NCBI GenBank assembly: GCA_964527065.1
Contig: CAZGNX010000001.1
Span: 45 to 64,044 of the forward strand
From: an uncultured Pseudomonadales bacterium
Lineage (GTDB): Bacteria; Patescibacteriota; Microgenomatia; UBA1400; UBA12108
DNA: 64,000 nt
Reading direction: 5' to 3'
Numbering within the stretch: the first letter of the stretch is position 1; each line of letters begins with the position of its first letter. A model generated the notes under the pieces. It had not been told where the DNA came from and ran no database searches. It saw only the letters and a list, made by a program, of their open reading frames with translations. Made by a program: the position numbers and the translations under genes. Shown piece by piece: positions 45,657 through 54,957 of this stretch.

Positions 45657-47144
45657 GTGATGAAGATTTTGTTTGTGACGGCGGAGGCGGGGCCATTTGT
45701 GTCCGTGGGGGGGCTCTCCCAAGTGTCATATTTTTTGCCCAATGCACTACTGCAAGCTGGGGATGATGTGCGGATTTTTACTCCCAAGTTTGGGGCGATG
45801 GATCAGTCGCGCAAAAAATGGAAACTCGAGATGGAAGTCGAGGGACTCAGAGTGCCACTCTCTGACAAACCAGACAAAGATGATCTAATTTGTAACATCA
45901 AATCATTTGAGCCCAAAGGGAGGGTAAAGACTTTTTTCTTGGAGAACCGTGAGTATTATGAACTGCGGGCCAATGTGTTTGGGTACAAGGACGACCACGT
46001 GCGGTTTATGCTTATGTGCAAAGGGTGCCTGGAATGGCTCCTGCTGCAGAAAGAAAAGGGCGAGTGGTTCCCCGAAGTGATCCACTGCAACGATTGGCAT
46101 AGTGCGTATTTGATTGAGCTTGCGCGTAGATCAACACGATATAGGAGTGCGCTCGCTGAGGTCAAGATAGTGCTAACTGTACATAACTTTGTCTTTCAAG
46201 GGAACTTTGACTATAAATATTGCAGTATCGAGGACCGCGATGACGGGAAAAGCCCACTTGGATCGATTTTGGACGAGAGGCTCCATATGCAGAATGCTCT
46301 TCTGCGAGGAATACTAAACGCAGACGCCATCACAACCGTTTCACCTACTCATGCCAGAGAAGTGGTGACAGAAGAATACGGAGAAGGACTACAAAAAGTG
46401 CTTACCAAGAGACAGAGTGTGTTGAGTGGCATACTAAATGGTCTAGATGTATTGTCATTTAACCCTGCTAAGGACAAAACTCTTAAGGCACGCTTTAGTC
46501 AGGACAGATTTGTGGAAGAGCGCGCTATTAACAAGCGAGAGCTCCAAAAATTATTTAGTTTGCCTTTTAAACAAGGGAGCTTTTTGCTAGCTTTTAGCGG
46601 ACGGCTGACAGAGCAAAAGGGGCTTACCATGCTCATTAAAGCTTTGCCTCATTTACTTGTGGAGTATTCTGATATCCAGGTGATTTTTATGGGGGGCGGA
46701 GACGATAGCTACCGCCGAGCTCTGACTTTGTTGCAATCCAAATATCCTGAGCGGGTGGGCTTGCATTTAGTGTCCAACTTCTCTCTTCCTAGAAAAATCT
46801 TTGCGGGGGCGGATGCTCTTCTTATGCCCAGTATTTTTGAACCAGGTGGGATTGTGGCGCTTGAGGCTCTGCGCTACGGGGCAGTCCCTATTGTACGACG
46901 GACAGGGGGGTTGAGTGATATTGTTGTTGATTTTGATCCTGTCACTGCTACTGGCAATGGGTTCTCGTTCCATGACCGTGATGCTTGGGCACTCTACGGG
47001 GCCGTGATTGAGGCCAAAACAACCTTTAAGAACAAATCCTTGTGGAACAAGCTCGTGGAGAACTGTTTGGTCTGTGACTTTTCTTGGGAAGCGAGTGCCA
47101 AAAAGTACCACAAATGGTATAGCCAAGTGAGGATCGTATCATGA
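45657..47144 (+). CDS. glgA: glycogen synthase (GT5)
   Basis: 'KILFVTAEAGPFVSVGGLSQV' N-terminal ADP-glucose-binding motif. C-terminal 'PSIFEPGGIVALEALRYGAVPIVRRTGGL'. Confidence 0.85.
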   Translation: MMKILFVTAEAGPFVSVGGLSQVSYFLPNALLQAGDDVRIFTPKFGAMDQSRKKWKLEMEVEGLRVPLSDKPDKDDLICNIKSFEPKGRVKTFFLENREYYELRANVFGYKDDHVRFMLMCKGCLEWLLLQKEKGEWFPEVIHCNDWHSAYLIELARRSTRYRSALAEVKIVLTVHNFVFQGNFDYKYCSIEDRDDGKSPLGSILDERLHMQNALLRGILNADAITTVSPTHAREVVTEEYGEGLQKVLTKRQSVLSGILNGLDVLSFNPAKDKTLKARFSQDRFVEERAINKRELQKLFSLPFKQGSFLLAFSGRLTEQKGLTMLIKALPHLLVEYSDIQVIFMGGGDDSYRRALTLLQSKYPERVGLHLVSNFSLPRKIFAGADALLMPSIFEPGGIVALEALRYGAVPIVRRTGGLSDIVVDFDPVTATGNGFSFHDRDAWALYGAVIEAKTTFKNKSLWNKLVENCLVCDFSWEASAKKYHKWYSQVRIVS

Positions 47145-48760
47145 GTCGTCCGATTGCGTATTTTTCGGCTGAGTATGCATTGTCTGATGATCTACAGATT
47201 TATGCGGGAGGGCTCGGGATCCTTGCCGGTGACTATGTGAGGGAGGCGGGAGACCAAGCGATCCCACTTGTGGCAGTGGGGATGTATTATGCAGAAGGTT
47301 TCACCCATACTGAACTCTCGCCCGAGGGCAAGGTCGTCAATCTACACGAAGGTAAAACACCGCAAGAAGTAGGTCTTAAGTTAGCACAGGACTCAAAAGG
47401 TAAACCACTTATTGTGACACTACCTATTGGTGAAGATAATGTGGGGGTACGTGCGTGGATTTGGGAGTACAAAACGGTCAAAGTGTATCTGCTGGATACC
47501 AAGGTTGAGGGTAATAGTGAGCAAGATGAGCACATTACCGATACGCTCTATACAACTGATAAGGAAACGCGACTTAAACAAGAGATGGTGCTTGGAATTG
47601 GAGGCTTGCGAATGTTATTTGCGGCGGGTTATCACCCAGGTTTCTACCACTTGAACGAGGGACATTCGGCATTTTTAATTTACGAACTCATCCACCATGA
47701 GATGGTGGCGCATAAACTTGATTTTGAGGGAGCAAAAGAAAGGGCTAAAAACCGTGTGTTGTTTACAAATCATACGCTTGTGGCGGCGGGCAACGATGTT
47801 TTTAGTAACGACTTGGTTGCGCTCCTTTTGACCAAATATAGTGAAGAGATTGCCGTTCCTGTTAAACAACTTGTAGATCTAGGGCTTGTACAACAGTCCT
47901 CGACCTTCTCCATGACTATGCTTGCCTTGAGGGCCGGCGGCATAATAAATGCAGTATCAAAGCTGCATGCTAAAAAAGCTAAAGAAATTTGGGCAGATCA
48001 CCCGATGGTGGCTATTACCAACGGTATCCATCTGCCGACTTGGGACAAAATAGGGGAGGGGGAGATCTGGAGTCAACATCGTGAGAACAAGCGCAAATTG
48101 CTCTTTCGGATTGCACAGATGACTGGGGTGGTGTGGGAAGAGAACGCCATTCTTTTGGGTTGGGGGAGACGAATTGTGCGCTACAAACGCCCGCTCGCCC
48201 TTGTTGAGCGACTCAAACAATTTGGGGAGATGGCGAGGAATAGTGAGCGGCCGGTACGGATAGTCTATAGCGGGATTGCCCACCCGGCCGATGAAGACGG
48301 GCACAAGCTCCTAGAGGAGTTGCAATATCGGCTTAATTCAGATCTCAAAGGAGTGGCGGTATATTTGCCGCACTATAACATGGAGTTGTCGGGACTAATG
48401 GTTGCTGGATGTGACGTATGGATCAATACACCCGTAGTAGGATTTGAGGCATGCGGGACGAGTGGGATGAAGGCGGCACTCAATGGCGTATTACCGCTCT
48501 CGACTCGGGACGGATGGGTGGATGAGATAGAACTACTAGGGGTGGGGTGGGGACTAAATGATAGTGATCTCACAGAACATATACTGGAAACACTCAAATC
48601 ACAAGTCTTACCACTTTACTATGCGCGCAATGACCTAGGTATCCCTGCGGATTGGGTCACTATGATGCAAAACGCGAGGCAATTGATCCAGCGTGAGTAC
48701 GGGATGGGTCGGGCTATGCGACAATACCTAGATTTGATTGGACCGATTGAAACAGAGTAA
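47141..48760 (+). CDS. glgP: alpha-glucan (glycogen) phosphorylase, short GT35 type
   Basis: 'IAYFSAEYALSDDLQIYAGGLGILAGD' start typical of GT35 phosphorylases. PLP-lysine region 'GFEACGTSGMKAALNG'. Confidence 0.85.
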   Translation: MSRPIAYFSAEYALSDDLQIYAGGLGILAGDYVREAGDQAIPLVAVGMYYAEGFTHTELSPEGKVVNLHEGKTPQEVGLKLAQDSKGKPLIVTLPIGEDNVGVRAWIWEYKTVKVYLLDTKVEGNSEQDEHITDTLYTTDKETRLKQEMVLGIGGLRMLFAAGYHPGFYHLNEGHSAFLIYELIHHEMVAHKLDFEGAKERAKNRVLFTNHTLVAAGNDVFSNDLVALLLTKYSEEIAVPVKQLVDLGLVQQSSTFSMTMLALRAGGIINAVSKLHAKKAKEIWADHPMVAITNGIHLPTWDKIGEGEIWSQHRENKRKLLFRIAQMTGVVWEENAILLGWGRRIVRYKRPLALVERLKQFGEMARNSERPVRIVYSGIAHPADEDGHKLLEELQYRLNSDLKGVAVYLPHYNMELSGLMVAGCDVWINTPVVGFEACGTSGMKAALNGVLPLSTRDGWVDEIELLGVGWGLNDSDLTEHILETLKSQVLPLYYARNDLGIPADWVTMMQNARQLIQREYGMGRAMRQYLDLIGPIETE

Positions 48761-48762
48761 GA

Positions 48763-49389
48763 CTACTCTTCGGCTGGGACCATGTTCCCATATTGTTCTT
48801 GGAGCTTTTTGTAGTCGATCTGACCACCTTCAGGAGTAGTTAGCTGTTGCATCATTTGAGTGGGGTCGGTGAAGGTGACGTCTGAGGGAGGAGTAAAAAC
48901 AGAGTCTCCTACACTGCTGGTATTGCAGTTGATGGTGTAGCCTTGGCTTTTGAAAGATTCATAGTCTGCCTCACCCTCGAATTTGGGGGCAGCTGCCTGA
49001 TATTCTTTGGCTTTGTCCACCGCGGCTTGGGAATCTTCTTCGGAGGGGATAGACATTTTGACACCTTGTTTCTGAGTGTCGCTCCAAGTATAGAGATAAC
49101 TACCATCGTTGATCATGTGGGACAGCGTAGTTTTACCTTCGATGGTGGTCGAGATATCAGCTGCCATCATTTTACCTTTGATGTGATATTCCATGGAATC
49201 TGCCCCTTTGGTGAGGGTACAGGTGGTGGGGCGACCAGAGTTTATTGCCTCGGCAAATTGCATAGCTTCGCTTTGGGCTGAGCTCGCACTTTGCTTACCT
49301 ATCATGGAGGAGGGTTTCATTTTGAGGTAGTAACCGACGCCAGCCAGGAACAAGAGGACAATAACAATGGGGACGATTTTTTTGTTCAT
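48763..49389 (-). CDS. secreted/membrane-anchored hypothetical protein
   Basis: 208 aa. N-terminal 'KKIVPIVIVLLFLAGVGYY' anchor. Confidence 0.5.
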   Translation of the reverse strand: MNKKIVPIVIVLLFLAGVGYYLKMKPSSMIGKQSASSAQSEAMQFAEAINSGRPTTCTLTKGADSMEYHIKGKMMAADISTTIEGKTTLSHMINDGSYLYTWSDTQKQGVKMSIPSEEDSQAAVDKAKEYQAAAPKFEGEADYESFKSQGYTINCNTSSVGDSVFTPPSDVTFTDPTQMMQQLTTPEGGQIDYKKLQEQYGNMVPAEE

Positions 49390-49411
49390 AGAACTATCTC
49401 CGTACTAGCTA

Positions 49412-50014
49412 TTATTTAGATAATAACATTTTTTCTACAACTGGTCGCACTGCGTCAAAAATCTTCTGGTGGCCCAGGGTGTTTGGATGTACACCGTCGT
49501 CTATATCTTCTAAAGTGAGATAGGATGACAAGTCTATATAAGCAAGATGGTGCTTAAGAGAGTGTCTTTTGATTGCGAGATCATATTGGTGAGTTTGACT
49601 GGCGACAAAAGTGTTTTCGTTGTCAAAGGGGTGGGTCACTCGCTCGTCAATAGGCGTGAGACCGACAAATATTATTTGGTTGGTATATACCCTAGCTTGC
49701 TGAGTGAGTTGGGTGAGATTAGCCTGAAAGGCTTTGATTGGGACTAGCTGTTGACCACCAACATTCCAAAAACAGGAATCGTTAATGCCAAGGGCAAATA
49801 TGACAATTTCTGGTTCACGGGCTTTAAATTCGAGTTTGAACCGGGGGAGCAGACTAGATGTTGTTTCACCGTTGATGCCGAGATTATAAACAGATTTATC
49901 GTTGAGTCTATCCCACTCCCGTTCGACATAGTTGCGTAACAAGGTAACCCACCCGCCATTAACTGGATCGTAGGCTCCCCAGGCTATACTGTCGCCAAAT
50001 ACACACACGCTCAT
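49412..50014 (-). CDS. SGNH/GDSL-family hydrolase
   Basis: Block I 'VCVFGDSIAWG', block III 'GINDS', block V 'DGVHPN'. Confidence 0.75.
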   Translation of the reverse strand: MSVCVFGDSIAWGAYDPVNGGWVTLLRNYVEREWDRLNDKSVYNLGINGETTSSLLPRFKLEFKAREPEIVIFALGINDSCFWNVGGQQLVPIKAFQANLTQLTQQARVYTNQIIFVGLTPIDERVTHPFDNENTFVASQTHQYDLAIKRHSLKHHLAYIDLSSYLTLEDIDDGVHPNTLGHQKIFDAVRPVVEKMLLSK

Positions 50015-50018
50015 GAGT

Positions 50019-50609
50019 TTATTTTAGCAAAGTCTGGACAACAGACTTGACCGTATCGAATATTTTCTTATGGCCATCGGTATTGGGGTGGAGGCCGTCT
50101 TCAGCAATGTCACCCGACAGTAGTAGACTATTAATGCTGATGAATGTCGCCTGGTGAGATGTACAAAATGTCTTCAGGGACTCATTGAACTGTTTGGCGC
50201 TCGCATTGGTGTAGTATTTCTCTTTGTCCCATGGGATGGGGGTGGTTTTACTTTCTATAACCGAAGTGGGGCCGATAAATATAATATGTTTCGTGAATTC
50301 TTGACCAATACTCAACAACTTAGTTAAGTTATCTTGGAATTTTTGGGGCGAGACACGGGGTCTTTGCTCAGGATCAATAAGGGCTGAATCATTGAGTCCG
50401 ATGGAGAAGATGATTACATCAGGTTTCCTCATTTTGGCCTCTGATTTTGCGCGGCTCACCATCTCGTTGGTGGTGTCACCAGATATACCGAGGTTATATG
50501 TATAGATACGCTGTGGAGCGAGTTGATTGCGGAGTAGAGTGACCCAACCGCCGTTTACGCTATCGTCTTCTCCCCAGGTAGCGCTACCGCCAAAGACGCA
50601 GATGTTCAT
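50019..50609 (-). CDS. SGNH/GDSL-family hydrolase (tandem paralogue)
   Basis: 'ICVFGGSATWG', 'GLNDS', 'DGLHPN'. Shares 'NGGWVTLLRN' with the neighbouring gene. Confidence 0.75.
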   Translation of the reverse strand: MNICVFGGSATWGEDDSVNGGWVTLLRNQLAPQRIYTYNLGISGDTTNEMVSRAKSEAKMRKPDVIIFSIGLNDSALIDPEQRPRVSPQKFQDNLTKLLSIGQEFTKHIIFIGPTSVIESKTTPIPWDKEKYYTNASAKQFNESLKTFCTSHQATFISINSLLLSGDIAEDGLHPNTDGHKKIFDTVKSVVQTLLK

Positions 50610-50872
50610 AGGTTATTGATCCACCACTTTTTGATGAAGGGGAGTGAGAGGGTAGAGAGGAGGAAACCGAGCGTGGGGACGAGAGCATTGATGAATGGTT
50701 TTTCGACTTTGATGGTGAAGAAGAAGATGAAAATAGTCAGGTAGGTGAGTACGGCAACAGTACATTTACGTGCAAGGCTAGTTTCCCAGGCTTTGTCTTG
50801 TTCCACCCGCCGGTTGCGGAGCTTAATAGCTTCAAGTTCGTTTTGGAGACGAGACAAGGTTGGCTTTGTCAT
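50606..50872 (-). CDS. small membrane protein
   Basis: 88 aa. Charged N-terminus then two hydrophobic helices. ATGA-coupled to the downstream SGNH gene. Confidence 0.45.
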   Translation of the reverse strand: MTKPTLSRLQNELEAIKLRNRRVEQDKAWETSLARKCTVAVLTYLTIFIFFFTIKVEKPFINALVPTLGFLLSTLSLPFIKKWWINNL

Positions 50873-50904
50873 ACTGGGCGGAGATGCTTTTACGCTATTA
50901 GAAC

Positions 50905-51651
50905 CTACTGGGAGGCAGAAATAGTCAAGGTGTCTAGCATTTGGTCATAGATATCTTCAAATTGTTCTTTGGTTAGAGTAAATACTAGAACTTTCTCTGA
51001 CATTTGGATTAGAGTGGTTTTGTAAAATTGTCCTTCAAGCATTCCGGGTCCAAATTTTCCGTTGAGTTGATAGGCTTTATGATTGCCAACAGCGATTTGT
51101 TTTTCTTGGATATTTTCACCATACACACTTTCCTTATATCTAGATAAGGCTTCTTCTACTGTAGTTTCTGTAAAGTGATAGGTATTATCTCTGGTATCCA
51201 TATATTCATTGAAGGCCAGACTGATGGTAGGCAAAAACTCTGTACCTTCTGGAATTACGAAATTGTGATCATCAAAAGCAGTATTAAACGACCAATCAGA
51301 TAGCGTTTGGTTGTACCAATTATGTGGGTATTTGATTGATACGCCATATTTATCGTTATTATATTTCTGCCAGTTGGCGGTTGAATTAGTGACAGGAGAT
51401 GGTTGAGTAGCTCTTGTGCTTTGTGTGGGAGTAGGGGAGGGTTGGCTAGTTAGCTGTTGTTTGAGCGATTGGGTTTGGATGTAGAAATATACGAATCCAG
51501 ACAAAGAGATGAGAGAGACTAGGACAAGAAGGATGACTGGGAGCTTGGAAGTATTTGGTTGTGGAGTCATCGTTGGAGTTGGGGGGACAGCTGATTGAAG
51601 AGGTGTTGGAGGGAGAGAAGTTGGTTGCTCGACTGGTTGATTTGGCTCCAT
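50905..51651 (-). CDS. membrane-anchored hypothetical protein with Pro/Thr/Gln-rich linker
   Basis: 248 aa. TM 'LPVILLVLVSLISLSGFVYFYI'. Globular C-terminal domain. Confidence 0.5.
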   Translation of the reverse strand: MEPNQPVEQPTSLPPTPLQSAVPPTPTMTPQPNTSKLPVILLVLVSLISLSGFVYFYIQTQSLKQQLTSQPSPTPTQSTRATQPSPVTNSTANWQKYNNDKYGVSIKYPHNWYNQTLSDWSFNTAFDDHNFVIPEGTEFLPTISLAFNEYMDTRDNTYHFTETTVEEALSRYKESVYGENIQEKQIAVGNHKAYQLNGKFGPGMLEGQFYKTTLIQMSEKVLVFTLTKEQFEDIYDQMLDTLTISASQ

Positions 51652-51736
51652 ATGGAGGTACTATCTCAAACTAGGTGAAATATATCAAGAGGATTTATAA
51701 CGGATTTATAAATTACTCTGGGGATTTTATAAACTG

Positions 51737-51820
51737 CGGAGGAGGTGGGATTCGAACCCACGAGACTCTTACGAGTCGAAGGTTAGCAACCTTCTCGAAT
51801 GGCCACTATCGGACTCCTCC
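51737..51820 (-). tRNA. tRNA-Ser (anticodon GCU), class II long variable arm
   Basis: Hand-folded: acceptor GGAGGAG/CUCCUCC, anticodon stem GAAGG/CCUUC, loop UUGCUAA, variable arm GACUCGUAAGAGUCUC, T-arm GUGGG-UUCGAAU-CCCAC, discriminator G. Confidence 0.85.
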
Positions 51821-51860
51821 AGTAGCAAGGATTATATCAGGGAAAAATAAATAAGAGGGG

Positions 51861-51948
51861 CGGAAGGGGAGGGATTCGAACCCTCGGTAGGCTATTAACC
51901 CACAGATGTTTAGTAGACATCGGCACTCGACCACTATGCGACCCTTCC
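51861..51948 (-). tRNA. class II tRNA (Ser-like, discriminator G) with anticodon loop CUACUAA, i.e. canonical anticodon ACU
   Basis: Hand-folded: acceptor GGAAGGG/CCCUUCC, D-stem GCAU/GUGC, anticodon stem GAUGU/ACAUC, loop C-U-A-C-U-A-A, long variable arm, T-arm GAGGG-UUCGAAU-CCCUC. Confidence 0.65.
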
Positions 51949-51959
51949 AGGTTTGAAAA

Positions 51960-52586
51960 TTATATCAGGCTGTGAGTGATCTGCTTTGATACCTGATCAT
52001 AGCAACCCATTATACGGATTAACAAACTGTAATCATGATATCTAAGGCCACACGTGCCATTGTATATTTTTCGATATCTCCCACCCTTTTTTATGGTTAT
52101 GTGGGGCTTAATAAATTGTTTTTCAGGAATATGTAATAGTTTTGACCAGTAGCCAATGGAGCTTTTTACATCATGAGTTGTATGTAATTGGAGAAATACT
52201 CTAAATTTACCTTCGTCAATTTCTCCTTTAAAGGCAAGTCTAAAGAGTTTAATAAACGTTGTTTGCATTCTTTCATCACTACTAACGAATTCTAGTGTGT
52301 TACTTCCGGGGTATTTGGCTCCTTCGCACCAATAGAATATCGATAGCAAGGTTTTGGCAGTATTCTGATCTAAACTATTTACTCGAAGCTTATCTAAGCT
52401 GTATAAATGGTTTCTTTTTCTCTCAAAGTGGTTTGTAGGTTCTTTCTGGTTATATATGCCAGGGGATTCTCGACACCAACGACTTATGTTGCTAGTGCTT
52501 TGACCTAGTTCTTTGGCGATTTCAAATTTTCTCTTTCCTGATTGATATAGGCCTTGTGCTTGTTCAACAATAGTTCGATTTCTCAT
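51960..52586 (-). CDS. HTH + LAGLIDADG-like homing-endonuclease-like protein (putative), AT-rich gene abutting the tRNA pair
   Basis: 208 aa. N-terminal HTH 'KFEIAKELGQSTSNISRW'. 'LLSIFYWCEGAKY' resembles a single LAGLIDADG motif. Visibly more AT-rich than its neighbours. 12 nt from the tRNA. Confidence 0.4.
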   Translation of the reverse strand: MRNRTIVEQAQGLYQSGKRKFEIAKELGQSTSNISRWCRESPGIYNQKEPTNHFERKRNHLYSLDKLRVNSLDQNTAKTLLSIFYWCEGAKYPGSNTLEFVSSDERMQTTFIKLFRLAFKGEIDEGKFRVFLQLHTTHDVKSSIGYWSKLLHIPEKQFIKPHITIKKGGRYRKIYNGTCGLRYHDYSLLIRIMGCYDQVSKQITHSLI

Positions 52587-52647
52587 ATCTCTATGCTAAT
52601 AAAACCCGAATAATATGTCAAGCAGGAAGGAAAAAGGACGAGATGGG

Positions 52648-52947
52648 CTATTTACGTGGAGGTTCGGCCAGCTGGCGGATGATGGACTCGAGGAGGACAC
52701 CAACAAAAGCATAGGTGATGAGGGCAAAGAGGGTGGAGATCTCAAGCACTAGACTGGTCGAGAGTGATGAGGTGGGGAACATACCCTCAAAGGGGGCAAG
52801 AAGTGGGTTTGTTGTCTCGTAGACCCACTGCACAAATGGCGCTTGGGTGGAGGCTCCAAAGAGTTTGAGAAGTATGCGGAGCGAGAGTAGGAATTCGATG
52901 ATACCAAGGACTGTATCGCTCAAGGTAAGGATATAGCGCTTGAACAT
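52648..52947 (-). CDS. YggT family membrane protein
   Basis: ~100 aa from the internal Met. 'LSDTVLGIIEFLLSLRILLKLF...NPLLAPFEGMFP' YGGT pattern. The upstream ORF extension overlaps the divergent FkbM gene. Confidence 0.6.
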   Translation of the reverse strand: MFKRYILTLSDTVLGIIEFLLSLRILLKLFGASTQAPFVQWVYETTNPLLAPFEGMFPTSSLSTSLVLEISTLFALITYAFVGVLLESIIRQLAEPPRK

Positions 52948-52965
52948 GGCTCTATAATAGCAGAG

Positions 52966-53670
52966 ATGGTCAAGTTGCAAAGCTCTAAGCTTGGTAAGTA
53001 CACCATGTGGTACGAGAACAGCGAGGAGTTCCATATACTCAAACGCGAAGTTTTTGGGCGCAATGATTACTATGTTCAGCTTGAGGGAGAGCACCCAGTG
53101 ATAGTGGATGCGGGGGCGTATATTGGAGACACAACTCTCTACTTTAAACTGCTGTACCCTAGTGCGCGGGTAATAGCGCTCGAGCCCTATCCCCACAGTT
53201 TTGAGTTGCTTAAGCGCAACGTAGAGGAGAATCAATTGACAGGAGTGGATCTGGTACAGGCGGCGCTCGCGCCCAAATCGGGTGAGGTGACACTACATGC
53301 GGACAACTCGGGACACGACTGGTTCACCACAGTCAGCGCTAGCCTAAGCGGGTGGGATAAGCGGCAGACAACAACACCTTTACAGGTGAGGGGAGTGACA
53401 TTGACAGAAGTGGTGCAAGGCGAGATAGACCTGTTAAAGATGGATATTGAGGGGATGGAGGGGACAATCCTCAAGTCGCTTAAAAGCGAATTCCCCCGCA
53501 TCAAAAATATCGTGATGGAACTACACCCCGTAGGAGGGAGGCTGCCCCAGGAGATACTGACACTGCTTACACAATCAGGGTACAGCGTCGAGGTGCGGGT
53601 AGAGGGACAGGTGGTAGAACACCCTGAACAGGTCAGGGAATTGGCGATCCTGACGGCGACGCGCCAATAA
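52966..53670 (+). CDS. FkbM-family SAM-dependent methyltransferase
   Basis: 'VIVDAGAYIGDTTLYF' SAM-binding motif, 'LLKMDIEGMEGTIL' FkbM signature. Confidence 0.8.
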   Translation: MVKLQSSKLGKYTMWYENSEEFHILKREVFGRNDYYVQLEGEHPVIVDAGAYIGDTTLYFKLLYPSARVIALEPYPHSFELLKRNVEENQLTGVDLVQAALAPKSGEVTLHADNSGHDWFTTVSASLSGWDKRQTTTPLQVRGVTLTEVVQGEIDLLKMDIEGMEGTILKSLKSEFPRIKNIVMELHPVGGRLPQEILTLLTQSGYSVEVRVEGQVVEHPEQVRELAILTATRQ

Positions 53671-54011
53671 TGTTGATGGTACACTATAGTTACGATATGA
53701 AGTGGCAGATGACGTTTAATCGGGTATCAACGAGCGGGGATACAAAAGAAAAGGTAATCAAAAAATTCGCAGGTCTTGAGACGTATTTGGGTCGCATGAA
53801 AACCAAGTTAGAGCGAGGATTTGTCACTCTTTCCCGCGGAGAGCGCTGGGGATATAGAGTTAAGACAATGTTCCGCCTGCCAGGTCGTGAAATTGTCGCG
53901 GAGGGGAAGAGTAAGACACTTCTCTCGGCTATTGATGAAGCGTATGGCAAGGCTGCCTCGGAAGTGAAAAAATATTTGGAGCGGCTACGGGATAAGCGTA
54001 GGCGTGGTTAG
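53670..54011 (+). CDS. hpf: ribosome hibernation promoting factor (HPF/RaiA family)
   Basis: 113 aa. 'GREIVAEGKSKTLLSAIDEAYGKAASEVKKYLERLRDKRR' matches the HPF beta-alpha-beta-beta-beta-alpha C-terminal consensus. Confidence 0.7.
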   Translation: MLMVHYSYDMKWQMTFNRVSTSGDTKEKVIKKFAGLETYLGRMKTKLERGFVTLSRGERWGYRVKTMFRLPGREIVAEGKSKTLLSAIDEAYGKAASEVKKYLERLRDKRRRG

Positions 54012-54297
54012 GGGAATTATGTCGCTACAACAGCTTTATAGTTGGGCAAAAAAAATTCACAAAATCGTGATGTGGGGCGTCGTGGCTCTAGGGTTGTGGA
54101 TGATGATCTCAGGATACCTCATGCACCACGAACTAGAGGGAGATCTGACACTCGCCGTTGATATGGACTTCGTCAGGTACTGGCACAATGGCATCTCCCA
54201 ATATTTCTTGGTGACGCTCCTCCTACAAATGATCACGGGGCTGACGATGTGGGTAGTGCCAAAAATGCTGAGTAGAAGTAGTTCTAATAGAGTCTGA
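54004..54297 (+). CDS. small membrane protein
   Basis: 97 aa, three hydrophobic helices. Confidence 0.4.
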   Translation: MVRGIMSLQQLYSWAKKIHKIVMWGVVALGLWMMISGYLMHHELEGDLTLAVDMDFVRYWHNGISQYFLVTLLLQMITGLTMWVVPKMLSRSSSNRV

Positions 54298-54313
54298 CTG
54301 ATACAATCCTGAT

Positions 54314-54922
54314 ATGAGATTGGTTGTTTTTGACGTGGAGACCAAGAAAGCATTTGATGAGGTGGGTGGATACTATCCAGCAAAGCTTGGAGTGTCGGTA
54401 TCGGGTGTGTGGTGGGGAGAGTATGACCCCACTTCGCCTGTGGCTTCGCTCGGAACAGGAGGGGAGCTCAGGGCATTCCGTGAAGAAGAGTTTGGCGAAA
54501 TGTTTAAGATTTTTGAGAGAGCAGACAGAATTGTTGGGTTTAATAGTATAGATTTTGATTTGCCAGCGCTCTCACCCTACTATGTGGGAGACCTCTTCAC
54601 GCTACCCAATTTTGATATTTTGCAAAAAGTCGAAGAACGAGTTGGCTATAGGGTCAAACTGGATGCACTGGTCAAAGAAACCCTTGGGCTACAAAAGGGA
54701 GGGAGCGGACTCGATGCCCTCACCTACTACCACGAGGGTAACTGGGACAAGTTGATCAATTATTGCTTGCAGGATGTCATGGTTACGCGTGACTTATATC
54801 TCCAAGGAGTCAGGACAGGAGAGCTCCAGTTTAAGAATAAATGGAATGAGCGAATCAACGTCCTCGTTGATTTTGGATACCAAGCTAAACAAGACACAAG
54901 TGTGCAAGTGACCCTGTTTTAG
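54314..54922 (+). CDS. DEDDy-type 3'-5' exonuclease (RNase D/YprB-like)
   Basis: Exo I 'LVVFDVET', Exo II 'VGFNSIDFDLPAL', Exo III 'YCLQDVMVTRDLY'. Confidence 0.55.
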   Translation: MRLVVFDVETKKAFDEVGGYYPAKLGVSVSGVWWGEYDPTSPVASLGTGGELRAFREEEFGEMFKIFERADRIVGFNSIDFDLPALSPYYVGDLFTLPNFDILQKVEERVGYRVKLDALVKETLGLQKGGSGLDALTYYHEGNWDKLINYCLQDVMVTRDLYLQGVRTGELQFKNKWNERINVLVDFGYQAKQDTSVQVTLF

Positions 54923-54957
54923 TGCTAGAATAGCCAGACTAATTGCTCTGGAGATAT

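Noticed and set aside
51861-51948. Amber-suppressor (anticodon CUA) reading of the odd tRNA to explain the in-frame TAG at 31642
   Set aside because: With the only well-paired anticodon stem (GAUGU/ACAUC) the 7-nt loop places ACU at positions 34-36; CUA would sit at 32-34. No other evidence of TAG reassignment exists, as TAG terminates many genes in the window.
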